NCBI GenBank assembly: GCA_963822495.1
Contig: CAWGHQ010000005.1
Location: forward strand, 47,918-111,917
Direction of reading: 5' to 3'
DNA: 64,000 nucleotides
Source: an uncultured Actinomycetota bacterium
Lineage (GTDB): Bacteria > Actinomycetota > Actinomycetes > Propionibacteriales > Nocardioidaceae
The notes under the pieces were generated by a model. That model saw nothing but the letters and a program-made list of their open reading frames with translations. It ran no database searches and had not been told where the DNA came from. This document shows, piece after piece, positions 44,368-54,699 of the stretch (position 1 is the first letter of the stretch; the number at the start of each line of letters is the position of its first letter). The translations under genes were made by a program, and so were the position numbers.

Positions 44368-46850
44368 GCCTGCGTACCTCCGGTGGTGCGGTCGGTGGTG
44401 CCTTCCATGCCGGTCGACGGGTCGAAGTGGGGCGCCGCGGCACCCTCGGTGGCCGCGACACCTCCAGCGCCCACGTCGTTGATGGCCTTCCACACACGCT
44501 CGGGGGTGCACGGCATCGCGATGTCGTTGATCCCGAGGTGGCGCACGGCGTCGACCACCGCGTTGACCACCGCCGGGGTCGAGGCGATGGTGCCGGCCTC
44601 GCCCACGCCCTTGGTCCCCAGCGTGTTGGTGATCGACGGCGAGCTGGTGTGGTCGATCTCGAAGCTGATCGTGTCGGCCGCCGTCGGCAGCAGGTAGTCC
44701 ACGAACGACCCGGAGACCAGGGTCCCGGCCTCGTCGTAGACGGCTTCCTCCCACAGCGCCTGGGCGATCCCCTGGACGAGGCCACCGTGGATCTGGCCGG
44801 CCACGATCATCGGGTTGATGATCGTGCCCACGTCGTCGACGCACACGTACTTGCGCATCGTGACCTGGCCGGTCTCGGTGTCGACCTCCATGGCGCACAG
44901 GTGCGTGCCGTGGGGGTAGTTGAAGTTCACCGGGTCGAAGGTGGCCTCCGAGTCCAGCGACGGCTCCATGCCCTCGGGGTAGTCGTGGGCGGAGAACATG
45001 GCAGCGGCGATCTCGCCGATGGCCATGCCCTGGTCGGTGCCGCGGACACTGAACCGGCCACCGGAGAACTCGAGGTCGTCGACCGAGGCCTCGAGCAGGT
45101 GGGCCGCGACGGGCTTGGCCTTCTCGACCACCTTGTCGGCGGCCTTGACCAGGGCCTCACCACCGACGACCAGCGAGCGCGAGCCGTAGGTGTCGAGTCC
45201 CTTGTGGGCGATCTGCGTGTCGCCGTGCAGGACCTCGACGTCGTCGAAGGACACCCCGAGGCGGTCGGCGACGATCTGGCTGAAGGCCGTCTCGTGACCC
45301 TGGCCGTGGGCCGAGGCGCCGGTGACGACCTCGACCTTGCCGGTGGCCAGCATCCGCACGGAGGCGTGCTCCCAGCCGCCGGCCCCGTAGTTGAGCTGAC
45401 CGAGCACCCGGGAGGGAGCCAGGCCGCACATCTCGGTGAAGGTCGAGACCCCGATGCCCAGCTGGACGCGGTCGCCGGCCTCGCGGCGCTGCTTCTGCTC
45501 GGCGCGCAGGTCGTCGTAGCCGAACATCTCCTTGGCCCGGGCGGTCGCGGCCTCGTAGTTGCCGGTGTCGTACTCCAACCCGGCGACCGTGGTGAAGGGG
45601 AACTCCTCGTGCTTGATCCAGTTCTTCTCGCGCACCTCGAAGGGGTCCACGCCGAGCTCGGCGGCCAGCTCGGTCATCATGCGCTCGATGGCGAACGTGG
45701 CCTCCGGACGCCCGGCGCCGCGGTAGGCGTCGGTCCAGGTCTTGTTCGTCAGGACCGTCTGGCAGTTGAACTGGTAGGCGGGGAACTTGTAGATCGCGTT
45801 GAACATGAAGGCGCCCAGCACGGGCACCCCACCGCCGACGAGGGAGACGTAGGAGCCGAGGTCGGCCAGCAGGTCGACCTTGAGTCCGGTGACCGTGCCG
45901 TCCTTCTCCGCCGACAGCGTCAGCTTCTGCCACTGGTCGCGACCGTGGTGGCCGGCCATCAGGCTCTCCGAGCGCGTCTCGGTGTACTTGATCGGCTTGC
46001 CGAGGCGGTTGGCGATCGCGAAGGTCAGCCACTCCTCGGGCGTGGTCTGCAGCTTGCCGCCGAACCCTCCGCCGACGTCGGGGGCGATGACCCGGATCTT
46101 GGCCTCCGAGACGCCCGTGGTCGCGGCGAGCGCGAAGCGCAGGATGTGGGGCACCTGGGTGGCCGACCACATGGTGATCTGCTCGCCGGTCGGGTCCACC
46201 ACGGTGGAGCGGGGCTCCATGAACGCCGGGATCAGGCGCTGCTGGCGGTACTCGCGCTCGATGACGATGCCGTCGGTGCGGGCCTTGGCGATGGCGGCCT
46301 CGACGTTGCCGCCGGTGCCGGCCTGCTCGGAGTCGAACTGCCAGAAGGCCGACTTGTTCGTGCCGAGGTCGGGGTGGGCGAGGACCTCGTCGGCCGCGGC
46401 GGCCTTCAGGTCGATCGCGGCGGGCAGCTCCTCGTACTCGACGTCGACCAGCTCGGCGGCGTCGCGCGCCTCGGCCGGGGTGCGGGCCACGACGACGGCC
46501 ACGATCTCGCCGGCGAAGGCGACCCGGTCGGCCGGCATCGGGGTGTGGACCGGCGTGACCTGGTCGGTGGTGATCGCCCAGGCGTTGATCAGGGTGCCCT
46601 GGCTCTCGCCGAGGTCGGCCCCGGTCAGCACGGCGACCACGTTCGGGGCCGCCTCGGCCTCGGACTTCTCGATCGAGGTGATGGTGGCGTGGGCGAAGGG
46701 GCTGCGCACCATGGCCAGGTGCAGCATGCCGGGCAGGGTGATGTTGTCGGTCCAGCGGGTGCGGCCGGTGATCAGCCGCTGGTCCTCCTTGCGGCGACGC
46801 TCCTGACCGATCTCGGCCGCGACGGCGGGGCGGTCCTCGGTGGTGGTCAT
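44364..46850 (-). CDS. Xanthine dehydrogenase family molybdopterin subunit, form II CoxL-like
   Basis: [30 protein letters not shown] (form II motif), [13 protein letters not shown]. Confidence 0.92.
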   Translation of the reverse strand: MTTTEDRPAVAAEIGQERRRKEDQRLITGRTRWTDNITLPGMLHLAMVRSPFAHATITSIEKSEAEAAPNVVAVLTGADLGESQGTLINAWAITTDQVTPVHTPMPADRVAFAGEIVAVVVARTPAEARDAAELVDVEYEELPAAIDLKAAAADEVLAHPDLGTNKSAFWQFDSEQAGTGGNVEAAIAKARTDGIVIEREYRQQRLIPAFMEPRSTVVDPTGEQITMWSATQVPHILRFALAATTGVSEAKIRVIAPDVGGGFGGKLQTTPEEWLTFAIANRLGKPIKYTETRSESLMAGHHGRDQWQKLTLSAEKDGTVTGLKVDLLADLGSYVSLVGGGVPVLGAFMFNAIYKFPAYQFNCQTVLTNKTWTDAYRGAGRPEATFAIERMMTELAAELGVDPFEVREKNWIKHEEFPFTTVAGLEYDTGNYEAATARAKEMFGYDDLRAEQKQRREAGDRVQLGIGVSTFTEMCGLAPSRVLGQLNYGAGGWEHASVRMLATGKVEVVTGASAHGQGHETAFSQIVADRLGVSFDDVEVLHGDTQIAHKGLDTYGSRSLVVGGEALVKAADKVVEKAKPVAAHLLEASVDDLEFSGGRFSVRGTDQGMAIGEIAAAMFSAHDYPEGMEPSLDSEATFDPVNFNYPHGTHLCAMEVDTETGQVTMRKYVCVDDVGTIINPMIVAGQIHGGLVQGIAQALWEEAVYDEAGTLVSGSFVDYLLPTAADTISFEIDHTSSPSITNTLGTKGVGEAGTIASTPAVVNAVVDAVRHLGINDIAMPCTPERVWKAINDVGAGGVAATEGAAAPHFDPSTGMEGTTDRTTGGTQA

Positions 46851-47356
46851 GCGGAGGCCTCCTCTGCGGCGGCACCGCTCGTACCGGCGCCGGCCGAGCC
46901 GGCTCCGGCGGCGTGCTGCACGGCCTTGACGATGTTGTGGTAGCCCGTGCAGCGGCACAGGTTGCCCTCGAGCCCGAGGCGGATCTCCTGCTCGGTGGGG
47001 GTGGGGTTCTCCTCGAGCAGCGTCACGCTCTGCATGATCATGCCGGGGGTGCAGTAGCCGCACTGGAGCCCGTGGCACTCGCGGAAGGCCTCCTGGACCG
47101 GGTGCAGCTGACCGTCCTTGGCCAGTCCCTCGATCGTGGTCACCTCGGATCCGTCGACCTGGACCGCGAGCACGTTGCACGACTTCACCGAGGTGCCGTC
47201 GAGGTGCACGGTGCAGGCGCCGCAGTTGCTGGTGTCGCAGCCGACGACGGTGCCGGTCTTGCCGAGCTTCTCGCGCAGGTACTGCACGAGCAGCATCCGC
47301 GGTTCGACGTCGTCGGAGACTTTCGCCCCGTCGACGGTGAGGTTGATCTTGGCCAT
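46847..47356 (-). CDS. 2Fe-2S subunit (CoxS/CutS-like)
   Basis: [29 protein letters not shown]. Confidence 0.93.
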   Translation of the reverse strand: MAKINLTVDGAKVSDDVEPRMLLVQYLREKLGKTGTVVGCDTSNCGACTVHLDGTSVKSCNVLAVQVDGSEVTTIEGLAKDGQLHPVQEAFRECHGLQCGYCTPGMIMQSVTLLEENPTPTEQEIRLGLEGNLCRCTGYHNIVKAVQHAAGAGSAGAGTSGAAAEEASA

Positions 47357-47442
47357 GCCGTATCGCTCCCAAGGGTGGATTGCGTGGACGTCGGCGGGGG
47401 CCTCGTCGAGCGAACGTGTGACGTGGGTCTCCCGTGGCCGTG

Positions 47443-47474
47443 ACGTTAGGCCCGCACGGTTGGCCGATGGTTGG
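47443..47474 (-). promoter_or_regulatory. coxS promoter: -10 TAACGT with upstream direct repeat CCAACCA-N4-CCAACCG
   Basis: Minus strand reads CCAACCATCGGCCAACCGTGCGGGCCTAACGT; 11-bp period, 8 nt from the -10. Confidence 0.6.
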
Positions 47475-47496
47475 AGTCGCTGCCAGGACCGCTCTC

Positions 47497-48735
47497 TCAG
47501 CGGGAGGCGGCGGCCAGCTTGCCCTTGAGGAGGGGCTTGGCGGGGTGGTGGCGCTCACCGAGGGTGGCCAGGCAGCGCTCGACGACCTCGGTGTCGTAGG
47601 GCGCCAGCTCGGCGTAGCGCAGCACCGCACCGGGCTCGGGGTCGCCCAGCAGCGCCTCGCGCACGGCGACGGCGACGTAGTCGGCCAGCTCGGCCAGGGC
47701 CGGCGAGTTCGTGCCGGGCAGCAGGTCGCCGCCGTAGGCACGCACCGCCCGGGCCACCTGCCCGGCGCGGAGCAGGTCGAGGACCTGGTCGACGTCCGTG
47801 GCGACCGGCATCGTGAGCCGGTAGGGACGCGAGGCCAGCTGCCCGCCGAGGGCGGCCCGCAGGTGGGAGACCTCGGCCTTGAGCGTCGACAGCGTGACGG
47901 CCTGGTCGCCGTAGACCAGGGCGTGGAGGTGGTCCAGCGAGAGCCCCTCCGGGTGCAGCGCCAGCAGCGCGAGCACCTCGGTCTGACGTCGGTTGAGCAG
48001 CAGCCGCTGGCCGTCGTGGCGGACCTCGGCGGTGCCGAGCAGGCGCATCACGAGGCCGGGCTCGACGTGGTCGTCGTCGACGTCGCGCGCGGTGGGGTGC
48101 ATGCGGCTGCGGGGCATCGCGGACTCGATCAGGCGGGCCATCATCCGCGCCGTCGCCAGGCCGATCGGGTGGGTGCGGTCCCAGGTGGTCGAGAGGTCGA
48201 TGACGCCGATCTGGCGTCCGCTGTGGGGATCGAAGACGGGGGCGGCCCAGCAGACCCAGTTGTGCACGATCGGCGCGTAGTGCTCGGCCGAGAAGACCAT
48301 GGAAGGCGTGGCCAGCCGGTTCGCGAGGTCGAGCGCGTTGGTCCCGACCGACTGGTCGTCCCACCGGGCGCCCGGCGCGAAGTTCACGGTCTCGGCCTTG
48401 CGGCGCATCACCCGACCGCCGTAGGTCCACAGGATCCGGGTGTCGGCGTCGGTGATCGCGAGGACCAGGTCACCGTCCTCGGCGGTGCGGCGCAGCTCGG
48501 CCTCGACCCCGGCCACGGCAGCCTGCAGCGGGGAGTCCCGCCACAGGGACGCCGTCTCGCTCTCGTCGGACATCGGCGCCGCCGACACGTCGGTCGGGAT
48601 CGCGGCCACCGAGCGGGTCCAGCTGCTGAGGATCTCCGGACGCACCAGGGAGCCGGCGGCGTCACCGTGCTCGACGAACGAGGTCCACTGCCGCAGAGCC
48701 TCGATCTTGCGGGTGTGCAGGTCGTTGCGATCCAT
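47497..48735 (-). CDS. GAF domain + winged-helix transcriptional regulator (AcoR-type GAF)
   Basis: [25 protein letters not shown]...[11 protein letters not shown]; [12 protein letters not shown]...[10 protein letters not shown]...SRPYRL wHTH. Start could be 48759. Confidence 0.85.
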   Translation of the reverse strand: MDRNDLHTRKIEALRQWTSFVEHGDAAGSLVRPEILSSWTRSVAAIPTDVSAAPMSDESETASLWRDSPLQAAVAGVEAELRRTAEDGDLVLAITDADTRILWTYGGRVMRRKAETVNFAPGARWDDQSVGTNALDLANRLATPSMVFSAEHYAPIVHNWVCWAAPVFDPHSGRQIGVIDLSTTWDRTHPIGLATARMMARLIESAMPRSRMHPTARDVDDDHVEPGLVMRLLGTAEVRHDGQRLLLNRRQTEVLALLALHPEGLSLDHLHALVYGDQAVTLSTLKAEVSHLRAALGGQLASRPYRLTMPVATDVDQVLDLLRAGQVARAVRAYGGDLLPGTNSPALAELADYVAVAVREALLGDPEPGAVLRYAELAPYDTEVVERCLATLGERHHPAKPLLKGKLAAASR

Positions 48736-48837
48736 GGGTCCCCTCGCGGCGACCGTCATCGCGCGACCACGGGGCGCGTCGCCGACACCCGGGTCCAGCC
48801 AACCTAGCAAAGGGTGTGAGGCCGATCACGCTCCCGA

Positions 48838-50361
48838 TCACGCTCGCTGCGAGGTCGACCGCCGCCAACCCACCATCGCCGGCAGCAGCGCCCGTGCCGA
48901 GCGGGCGCGGGCGGCGCCGGTCCACACCCCGGCCCCGTAGGCGAGGTCGTCGAGGCGGTGGGCCAGCACGTAGGTCACCGGCGGGAGGTCGGAGCCGACT
49001 CGACGACGGTCGTAGAGGCCCTCGACGACCGCGGCGACCAGCCAGGCCCGGCGCGCACGGGCCGAGACGACGCTCACCGCCAAGGCGAGCGGCCAGTGGT
49101 GCCGGGTCAGGCAGGACGCCGTCTGGGTCGCCGTGGCGACCAGTCCTCGTCCGCTCAGCAGCGCTGCCGCCTGCAGGCGGCGGTCCCCCCGCAACCGGCG
49201 CGAGAGCCCCACCGTGGCCACCACCCAGGCGGCTGCGACGACCGGCAGCGACCAGCGGCGCTGGGCGAGCAGTCCGACGGCGACCACGGCAGAGAACGGG
49301 CTGAGCACCGCCGGGGCGACCGCGGGGCCGTGCCGACGCGCCAGCGCCGCGGCGGAGGAGCCGTAGAACGCCTTGCGACGCAGCCAGGTCGCCACCTCGG
49401 TGCGGTGGTCGTGGCGCACCCGGGCCGCCGGCTCGTAGCGCACCCGCCAGCCGGCGCCGACCAGCCGCCAGACGAGGTCGACGTCCTCGCCGGCGCGCAT
49501 CGTCTCGTCGAAACCGCCGCCGAGGGCGGCGACCCTGGCGAGCAGGCACGCGCTGGGCACGTAGGAGACGGGGCCGCGCGGGCGCACCTGGGCGGCCTGC
49601 GGACCGAGGTCGAGGGACGACCGGGCCTGCTCGTAGCGCTCGACCCAGCGGTCGGCGGGCGTGCCCGCGAGACCGAGGACCCGCGGCGCCACCGCCGCGA
49701 CCACCGGGTCCTCGAGGTGGCGGGTCAGGCGCCCCAACCAGCCGGGCTCGGGCACCACGTCGGAGTCGCAGAAGGCGACCTGGGCGGTCCGCACGGCACG
49801 CAGGCCGGTGTTCCGGGCAGCGGCCGGGCCCCGGTTGACCGCGTGCACCAGCAGGCGGGCGCCGTGGCGGCGGGCCAGGTCGGCCACCGGCACCGGGTCG
49901 CTCGAGGCGTCGTCGACGACGATGACCGGCACGGCCGGTGGCAGGGCGTCCAGCAGGCGGGACAGGCCCTCGGGCCGGTCGTGGACGGGCACCACCACCG
50001 TGACCCCGCCCGTGATCTCGCCCGCGTCCTGGCCCTCGGCCGGCGGCTCGGGCCACCACGGCTCGGCGATGCCGGCGTCGAGGAGGGTCCGCGCCAGACG
50101 CCGCGCCGCCGGATCGAGGACGGGGGCGGGCAGGCCGGCCACCAGGTCGACCGCGGCCGGGCGCAGGTAGAGGACCCGGTCGGCCCCGGCGCCGCTGAGG
50201 GACCGGCCACCGTCGCCGACCTGCGCGTCGGGGCGCAGACGCAGCCCGAGCCCGGCCGGCACGAGCGGCTCGACCGGGGCCGGGGGGACGGCCGGAGGAA
50301 CGGCCGGAGGAACGGCCGGGGGAACGGCCGAGTGGGTGGGCGACATGGTGGGCCCCATCAT
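48838..50361 (-). CDS. mftF: Mycofactocin biosynthesis glycosyltransferase MftF (GT2)
   Basis: VVVPVHDR, VVDDAS, GPAAARN, FCDSD, SSLDLG, VSYVPSAC, GEDVDLVWRL, HRLDDLAYGAGVW. Confidence 0.85.
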   Translation of the reverse strand: MMGPTMSPTHSAVPPAVPPAVPPAVPPAPVEPLVPAGLGLRLRPDAQVGDGGRSLSGAGADRVLYLRPAAVDLVAGLPAPVLDPAARRLARTLLDAGIAEPWWPEPPAEGQDAGEITGGVTVVVPVHDRPEGLSRLLDALPPAVPVIVVDDASSDPVPVADLARRHGARLLVHAVNRGPAAARNTGLRAVRTAQVAFCDSDVVPEPGWLGRLTRHLEDPVVAAVAPRVLGLAGTPADRWVERYEQARSSLDLGPQAAQVRPRGPVSYVPSACLLARVAALGGGFDETMRAGEDVDLVWRLVGAGWRVRYEPAARVRHDHRTEVATWLRRKAFYGSSAAALARRHGPAVAPAVLSPFSAVVAVGLLAQRRWSLPVVAAAWVVATVGLSRRLRGDRRLQAAALLSGRGLVATATQTASCLTRHHWPLALAVSVVSARARRAWLVAAVVEGLYDRRRVGSDLPPVTYVLAHRLDDLAYGAGVWTGAARARSARALLPAMVGWRRSTSQRA

Positions 50362-50536
50362 GGGGGCCGCACACCCCGACCCACGCCGGGCGGTGCCTCC
50401 GCACGGGACGACCTACCGGACCGGAGAGGTCCCGCACCCACCCTGCGGCCTGTTTCCGGGTCCTCGTCTGGCGCGTGACCTACGCCACTCCTAGCGTCGC
50501 TGTCGAGCCAGTGCCGCACCCCAGGAGGTTTCGACC

Positions 50537-51829
50537 ATGCAAGTTGACGAGCTGCTCAAGCCGTTCCCGATCAAGGAGTTCCACCCGTTCCCGCGGGCCC
50601 TGATGGGCCCCGGCGCCCACGAGATGATCGGTCCCGAGGCCCTCAAGATGGGCTTCCGCAAGACCTTGATCATGACCTCGGGGCTGCGAGGCACCGACAT
50701 CGTGCACAAGATCGCGGAGTCGATGAAGTACCACGGTCTCGAGGTGGTGATCTACGACAAGGTCGAGTCCAACCCCAAGGACTACAACGTCATGGACTCG
50801 GTCAAGATGTACCAGGAGAACGCCTGCGACTCCTTCGTCTCCATCGGCGGCGGCTCCTCGCACGACGCCTGCAAGGGTGCCCGCGTCTCGGTCGCGCACG
50901 ACGGCCGCAACGTCAACGAGTTCGAGGGCTTCAACATGTCCGAGAACCCGAAGAACCCGCCGCACATCGCGGTCTCCACGACGGCCGGGACCGGCTCGGA
51001 GACGTCCTGGGCCTACGTCATCACCGACACCACGACCGACCCCGACAACCCCCACAAGTACGTCGCCTTCGACGACGCCTCGGTGACCTCGCTGGCCATC
51101 GACGACCCGGTGCTCTACTTCGACTGCCCGGTCGACTTCACCGCCCAGTGCGGCTTCGACGTCCTGGCGCACGCCAGCGAGCCCTACGTCTCGCGGATCA
51201 ACTTCGAGCCCTCGCTCGGCAACGCGCTGCACGCGATCAAGCTGACCAACCAGAACCTGCGCCAGGCCGTGTGGAACGGCCAGGACCTCGCCGGCCGCGA
51301 GGGCATGATGTACGCCCAGTACATCGCCGCCCAGGCGTTCAACTCGGGCGGTCTCGGCATCATCCACTCGATCTCGCACGCCATCAGCGCCTTCTACGAC
51401 ACCCACCACGGCCTCAACAACGCCATCGCGCTGCCGCGGGTGTGGGCCTTCAACATGCCCACGCAGTACAAGCGCTTCGCCGACATCGCCCGGGCGATGG
51501 ACATCGACACCCACGGGATGACCGACGTCCAGGCCGCCGAGGCCGCGCTCGGTGCGGCGATCCGTCTGCTGCGCGACGTCGGCATCACCGAGAAGTTCAC
51601 CGACGTGACCGCCGACACCTACTCCAAGAACCGCCTCGGCAAGGGCCCCACCAAGTACTACGAGAACTCCGGCACCATCACCGGGGACGGGGCCGACGTC
51701 GACCGGATCACCCACCACGTCCTCGGCGACGCCTGCACCCCGGGCAACGCCAAGGAGTGCACCTTCGAGACGGTGCGCCCCGTGGTCGACCACTGCATGA
51801 ACGGCGACCTGGACGACCTCCTCTCCTGA
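50537..51829 (+). CDS. mdo: NDMA-dependent (nicotinoprotein) methanol/alcohol dehydrogenase Mdo/Mno, group III Fe-ADH family
   Basis: PIKEFHPFPRALMGPGAH, ESNPKDYNVM, GGGSSHDACKG, STTAGTGSETSWAYVITD; RBS AGGAGG. Confidence 0.9.
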   Translation: MQVDELLKPFPIKEFHPFPRALMGPGAHEMIGPEALKMGFRKTLIMTSGLRGTDIVHKIAESMKYHGLEVVIYDKVESNPKDYNVMDSVKMYQENACDSFVSIGGGSSHDACKGARVSVAHDGRNVNEFEGFNMSENPKNPPHIAVSTTAGTGSETSWAYVITDTTTDPDNPHKYVAFDDASVTSLAIDDPVLYFDCPVDFTAQCGFDVLAHASEPYVSRINFEPSLGNALHAIKLTNQNLRQAVWNGQDLAGREGMMYAQYIAAQAFNSGGLGIIHSISHAISAFYDTHHGLNNAIALPRVWAFNMPTQYKRFADIARAMDIDTHGMTDVQAAEAALGAAIRLLRDVGITEKFTDVTADTYSKNRLGKGPTKYYENSGTITGDGADVDRITHHVLGDACTPGNAKECTFETVRPVVDHCMNGDLDDLLS

Positions 51830-51917
51830 GGTCGCGCCAGCACCCCGCACGCGGTCCCGGTGGCGTCCAGCACGCCGCCGGGACCGTTCCCACCGTCCGT
51901 CCCCCGAGGAGATCAGC

Positions 51918-53139
51918 GTGAGTCTCGCCTCCGACCAGCCCGTCGCTCCCGAGCACCCCGACTTCGCCGACGTCGACTCGGTGCGGGCCGGCTTCGCCGA
52001 CGTCGGCTACCTGGTCGACGAACGGCTGGCCACCACCGTGTTCCTCCAGACCCGGCTCCTCAAGCCCGTGCTGCTCGAGGGCCCGGCCGGGGTCGGCAAG
52101 ACCCAGCTGGCCAAGAGCCTGGCCGACGCGACCGGCCGGCGCCTGCTGCGCCTGCAGTGCTACGAGGGCCAGGACGAGACCAAGGCGCTCTACGAGTGGG
52201 ACTACGGCAAGCAGCTGCTCTACACCCAGATCCTGCGGGAGAAGATCGGTCAGGTCGTCGAGGACGCCGTCGACCTCAACGAGGCCGTGGACCGCATCGC
52301 CGCCCAGGACTCCGTCTTCTTCTCCGAGCGGTTCCTCGCCCCGCGCCCGCTGCTCGAGGCGATCACCTCCGAGGAGCCCGTCGTGCTGCTCATCGACGAG
52401 GTGGACCGCGCCGACGAGGCGCTGGAGGCCGTGCTGCTCGAGCTGCTCGCCGAGTTCCAGATCTCGATCCCCGAGGTCGGCACGGTGCGCGCCAAGCACA
52501 CGCCCTACGTGGTGCTCACCTCCAACAACACCCGCGACCTCTCCGCGGCCCTCAAGCGCCGGTGCCTGCACCTCTTCCTCGACTACCCCGGCGCCGAGCG
52601 CGAGCTGGAGATCATCCGCTCCAAGCAGACCGGGCTCTCGGAGTCGCTGGCGGTGCGCCTGGTCGAGATCGTCCGCTCCCTGCGCGAGCTCGAGCTGCGC
52701 AAGGCCCCCAGCATCTCCGAGACCATCGACTGGGCCCGCACCCTCGCCGTCCTCGGCGTCGAGGAGCTGACCTCCGAGGTGCTCTCCTCGACGCTCAACG
52801 TGGTCGTCAAGTACGAGCGCGACCTGCGCAAGGCCATGGACGCGATGCCGCGGATCGTCGACCCGAACGCCACCGTGCCCGACAGCCTCCACGGCCACGG
52901 TCACGGCCACGGCCACCAGGACCGGCCGTCCCCGGCCCCGTCGCCCGTGGAGGACGGTGACGTCGACGGCAAGGCCAAGCGCGCCGCCAAGGACCAGCCC
53001 GGCCGGCACGACGACGCCTACCGCGGCGGCGGGAAGACCACCCCCGGCGAGCCCGGCGTCCCGTCCCGGACCGGTCGGCCGCTCGGTGACCAGCAGCCAG
53101 GGCAGCCGGTCCTTCCCCACCCGCCGGCGCCCGGTCTAG
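51918..53139 (+). CDS. MadB-like AAA+ ATPase (CoxD-type); frameshift in the C-terminal tail between ~53020 and 53075
   Basis: LLEGPAGVGKT, LQCYEGQD, LLIDEVDRAD, LTSNNTRDLSAALKRRC. His-rich tail; the alternate frame ends SQGSRSFPTRRRPV* over the RBS of the next gene. Confidence 0.85.
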
Positions 53140-53148
53140 GAGACCGCC

Positions 53149-54699
53149 GTGGAGGGGGCGCTCCACCGGTTCGTGCGGCTGCTGCGGCTGCACGGCGTGC
53201 GGGTGAGCACCGCGGAGGTCATCGACGCGATGCGCGCCGTGGCGCAGCCCAGCGTGCTCGACGACCGCTCGGTGCTGAAGTCGGCGCTGGCGGTCAGCCT
53301 GGTCAAGGACCGTCGCGACCAGGACACCTTCGACCGGGTCTTCGACCGCTTCTTCGGGCTGCGGGCCGTCATCGAGGAGGACCCCGACGCCGCCCACGGC
53401 CACGCCCACGACGACCTGACCGACGACGGCGAGCTGACCGACTTCACGCTCTCGGAGGAACCCGGCGACGTCCCCGAGGACGGGCACTCGCACGGCAAGC
53501 CCGACGACATCAAGGAGTTCTTCAAGCCCGAGGACATGGCCCAGGAGTACAACCTCCACCAGGAGGCCAACAAGATCGACATCGCGGCGCTGACCGACGA
53601 GATCGTGCTGTCCAACGACACCACCGACTCCGCCGAGGAGATGGCGCGCGTCCAGCTCTCCACGAGCCGCATGCACAACCCCGGCAACCCCGGCGACCTG
53701 ATCCGCTCCCCGGGCATGCAGATGGACGTCGAGCTCTCCGTGGCCGAGGAGATCGCCCTGCTCAGCTGGATCGACGAGCGCGTCGCCGAGATCGCCGAGG
53801 ACCCGGACGAGGAGCGCGGCGCCAGCCTCGCCGCCCTGCGCGAGGCGTTGGCCCCGTGGCTGGCCCAGCTGCCCGAGACGCTGCGCGACCACCTCGAGCG
53901 GTTGATGTCGATGGAGCGCGAGATCGAGACCCGTGAGATCGAGGCCGCGCAGGCCGAGACCGTCGACGAGCACGAGCGCGCCGACCTCGAGCAGTCGCTG
54001 CGCCGGCTGCTGCGCTCGTTGCACGGGGCGCCCCGGCCGCGCCGCCGGGCGGCGGCGCGCGGAGTCGTCGACGGACGGCGCACCATGCGCACGAACATGA
54101 AGTACGACGGCGTCCCCTTCCGCCCGGTCACCGTGGCCAAGGTCGAGGACCGGCCCCGGCTGCTGGTGCTGTGCGACGTCTCGCTCTCGGTGCGCTCGAC
54201 GGCCCGCTTCACCCTCCACCTCGTGCACAGCCTGCAGTCGGTGGCCTCCTCGGTACGCACCTTCGCCTTCGTCAAGGACCTCGTCGAGGTCACCGACCTC
54301 TTCGCCGAGCACCGCATCGAGGAGGCGCTGTCGCTGGTGATGAGCGGCCTGCCGGCCGGTGGCGTGCTCGACGTCGACGCCGACTCCGACTACGGGTCGG
54401 GCTTCGAGACCTTCCTCGAGCTCTACGGCTCGGCCGTGACCCGCCGCACCACCGTCATCGTGCTCGGCGACGGGCGCAACAACGGCAAGGACCCCGGTCT
54501 GAGGACCTTCGAGGAGATCACCCGGCGCGCCCGCAGCACGATCTGGCTGACCCCCGAGCCGCGCTACTCCTGGGGCCTCGGCGGCTGCGACCTGCCGGCC
54601 TACGCCGAGTACTGCGACCGGGTGCAGGTCGTGCGCAGCCTCAGTGGCCTGGAGCGGGTCACGACGTCGCTCGGGAGTGTGGGGGCGGGCGGCGGATGA
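53149..54699 (+). CDS. MadC-like vWA domain protein (CoxE-type)
   Basis: FVRLLRLHGVRVS, LCDVSLS MIDAS, SDYG, LGDGRNN, WLTPEP. Confidence 0.88.
   Translation: MEGALHRFVRLLRLHGVRVSTAEVIDAMRAVAQPSVLDDRSVLKSALAVSLVKDRRDQDTFDRVFDRFFGLRAVIEEDPDAAHGHAHDDLTDDGELTDFTLSEEPGDVPEDGHSHGKPDDIKEFFKPEDMAQEYNLHQEANKIDIAALTDEIVLSNDTTDSAEEMARVQLSTSRMHNPGNPGDLIRSPGMQMDVELSVAEEIALLSWIDERVAEIAEDPDEERGASLAALREALAPWLAQLPETLRDHLERLMSMEREIETREIEAAQAETVDEHERADLEQSLRRLLRSLHGAPRPRRRAAARGVVDGRRTMRTNMKYDGVPFRPVTVAKVEDRPRLLVLCDVSLSVRSTARFTLHLVHSLQSVASSVRTFAFVKDLVEVTDLFAEHRIEEALSLVMSGLPAGGVLDVDADSDYGSGFETFLELYGSAVTRRTTVIVLGDGRNNGKDPGLRTFEEITRRARSTIWLTPEPRYSWGLGGCDLPAYAEYCDRVQVVRSLSGLERVTTSLGSVGAGGG

Noticed and set aside
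44364-46850. Bona fide aerobic CO dehydrogenase (form I CoxL)
   Set aside because: The active-site loop is AYRGAGR, lacking the Cu-binding Cys of AYXCSFR, and gene order is S-L-M rather than M-S-L.
50281-50330. 12-bp repeat encoding (PPAV)n at the MftF N-terminus
   Set aside because: Simple in-frame slippage in a low-complexity leader, and the start codon is uncertain.
51918-53936. 672-aa extended AAA ATPase overlapping madC
   Set aside because: The extension is out-of-frame low-complexity sequence; a frameshift restores a stop at 53139 ahead of the madC RBS and start.
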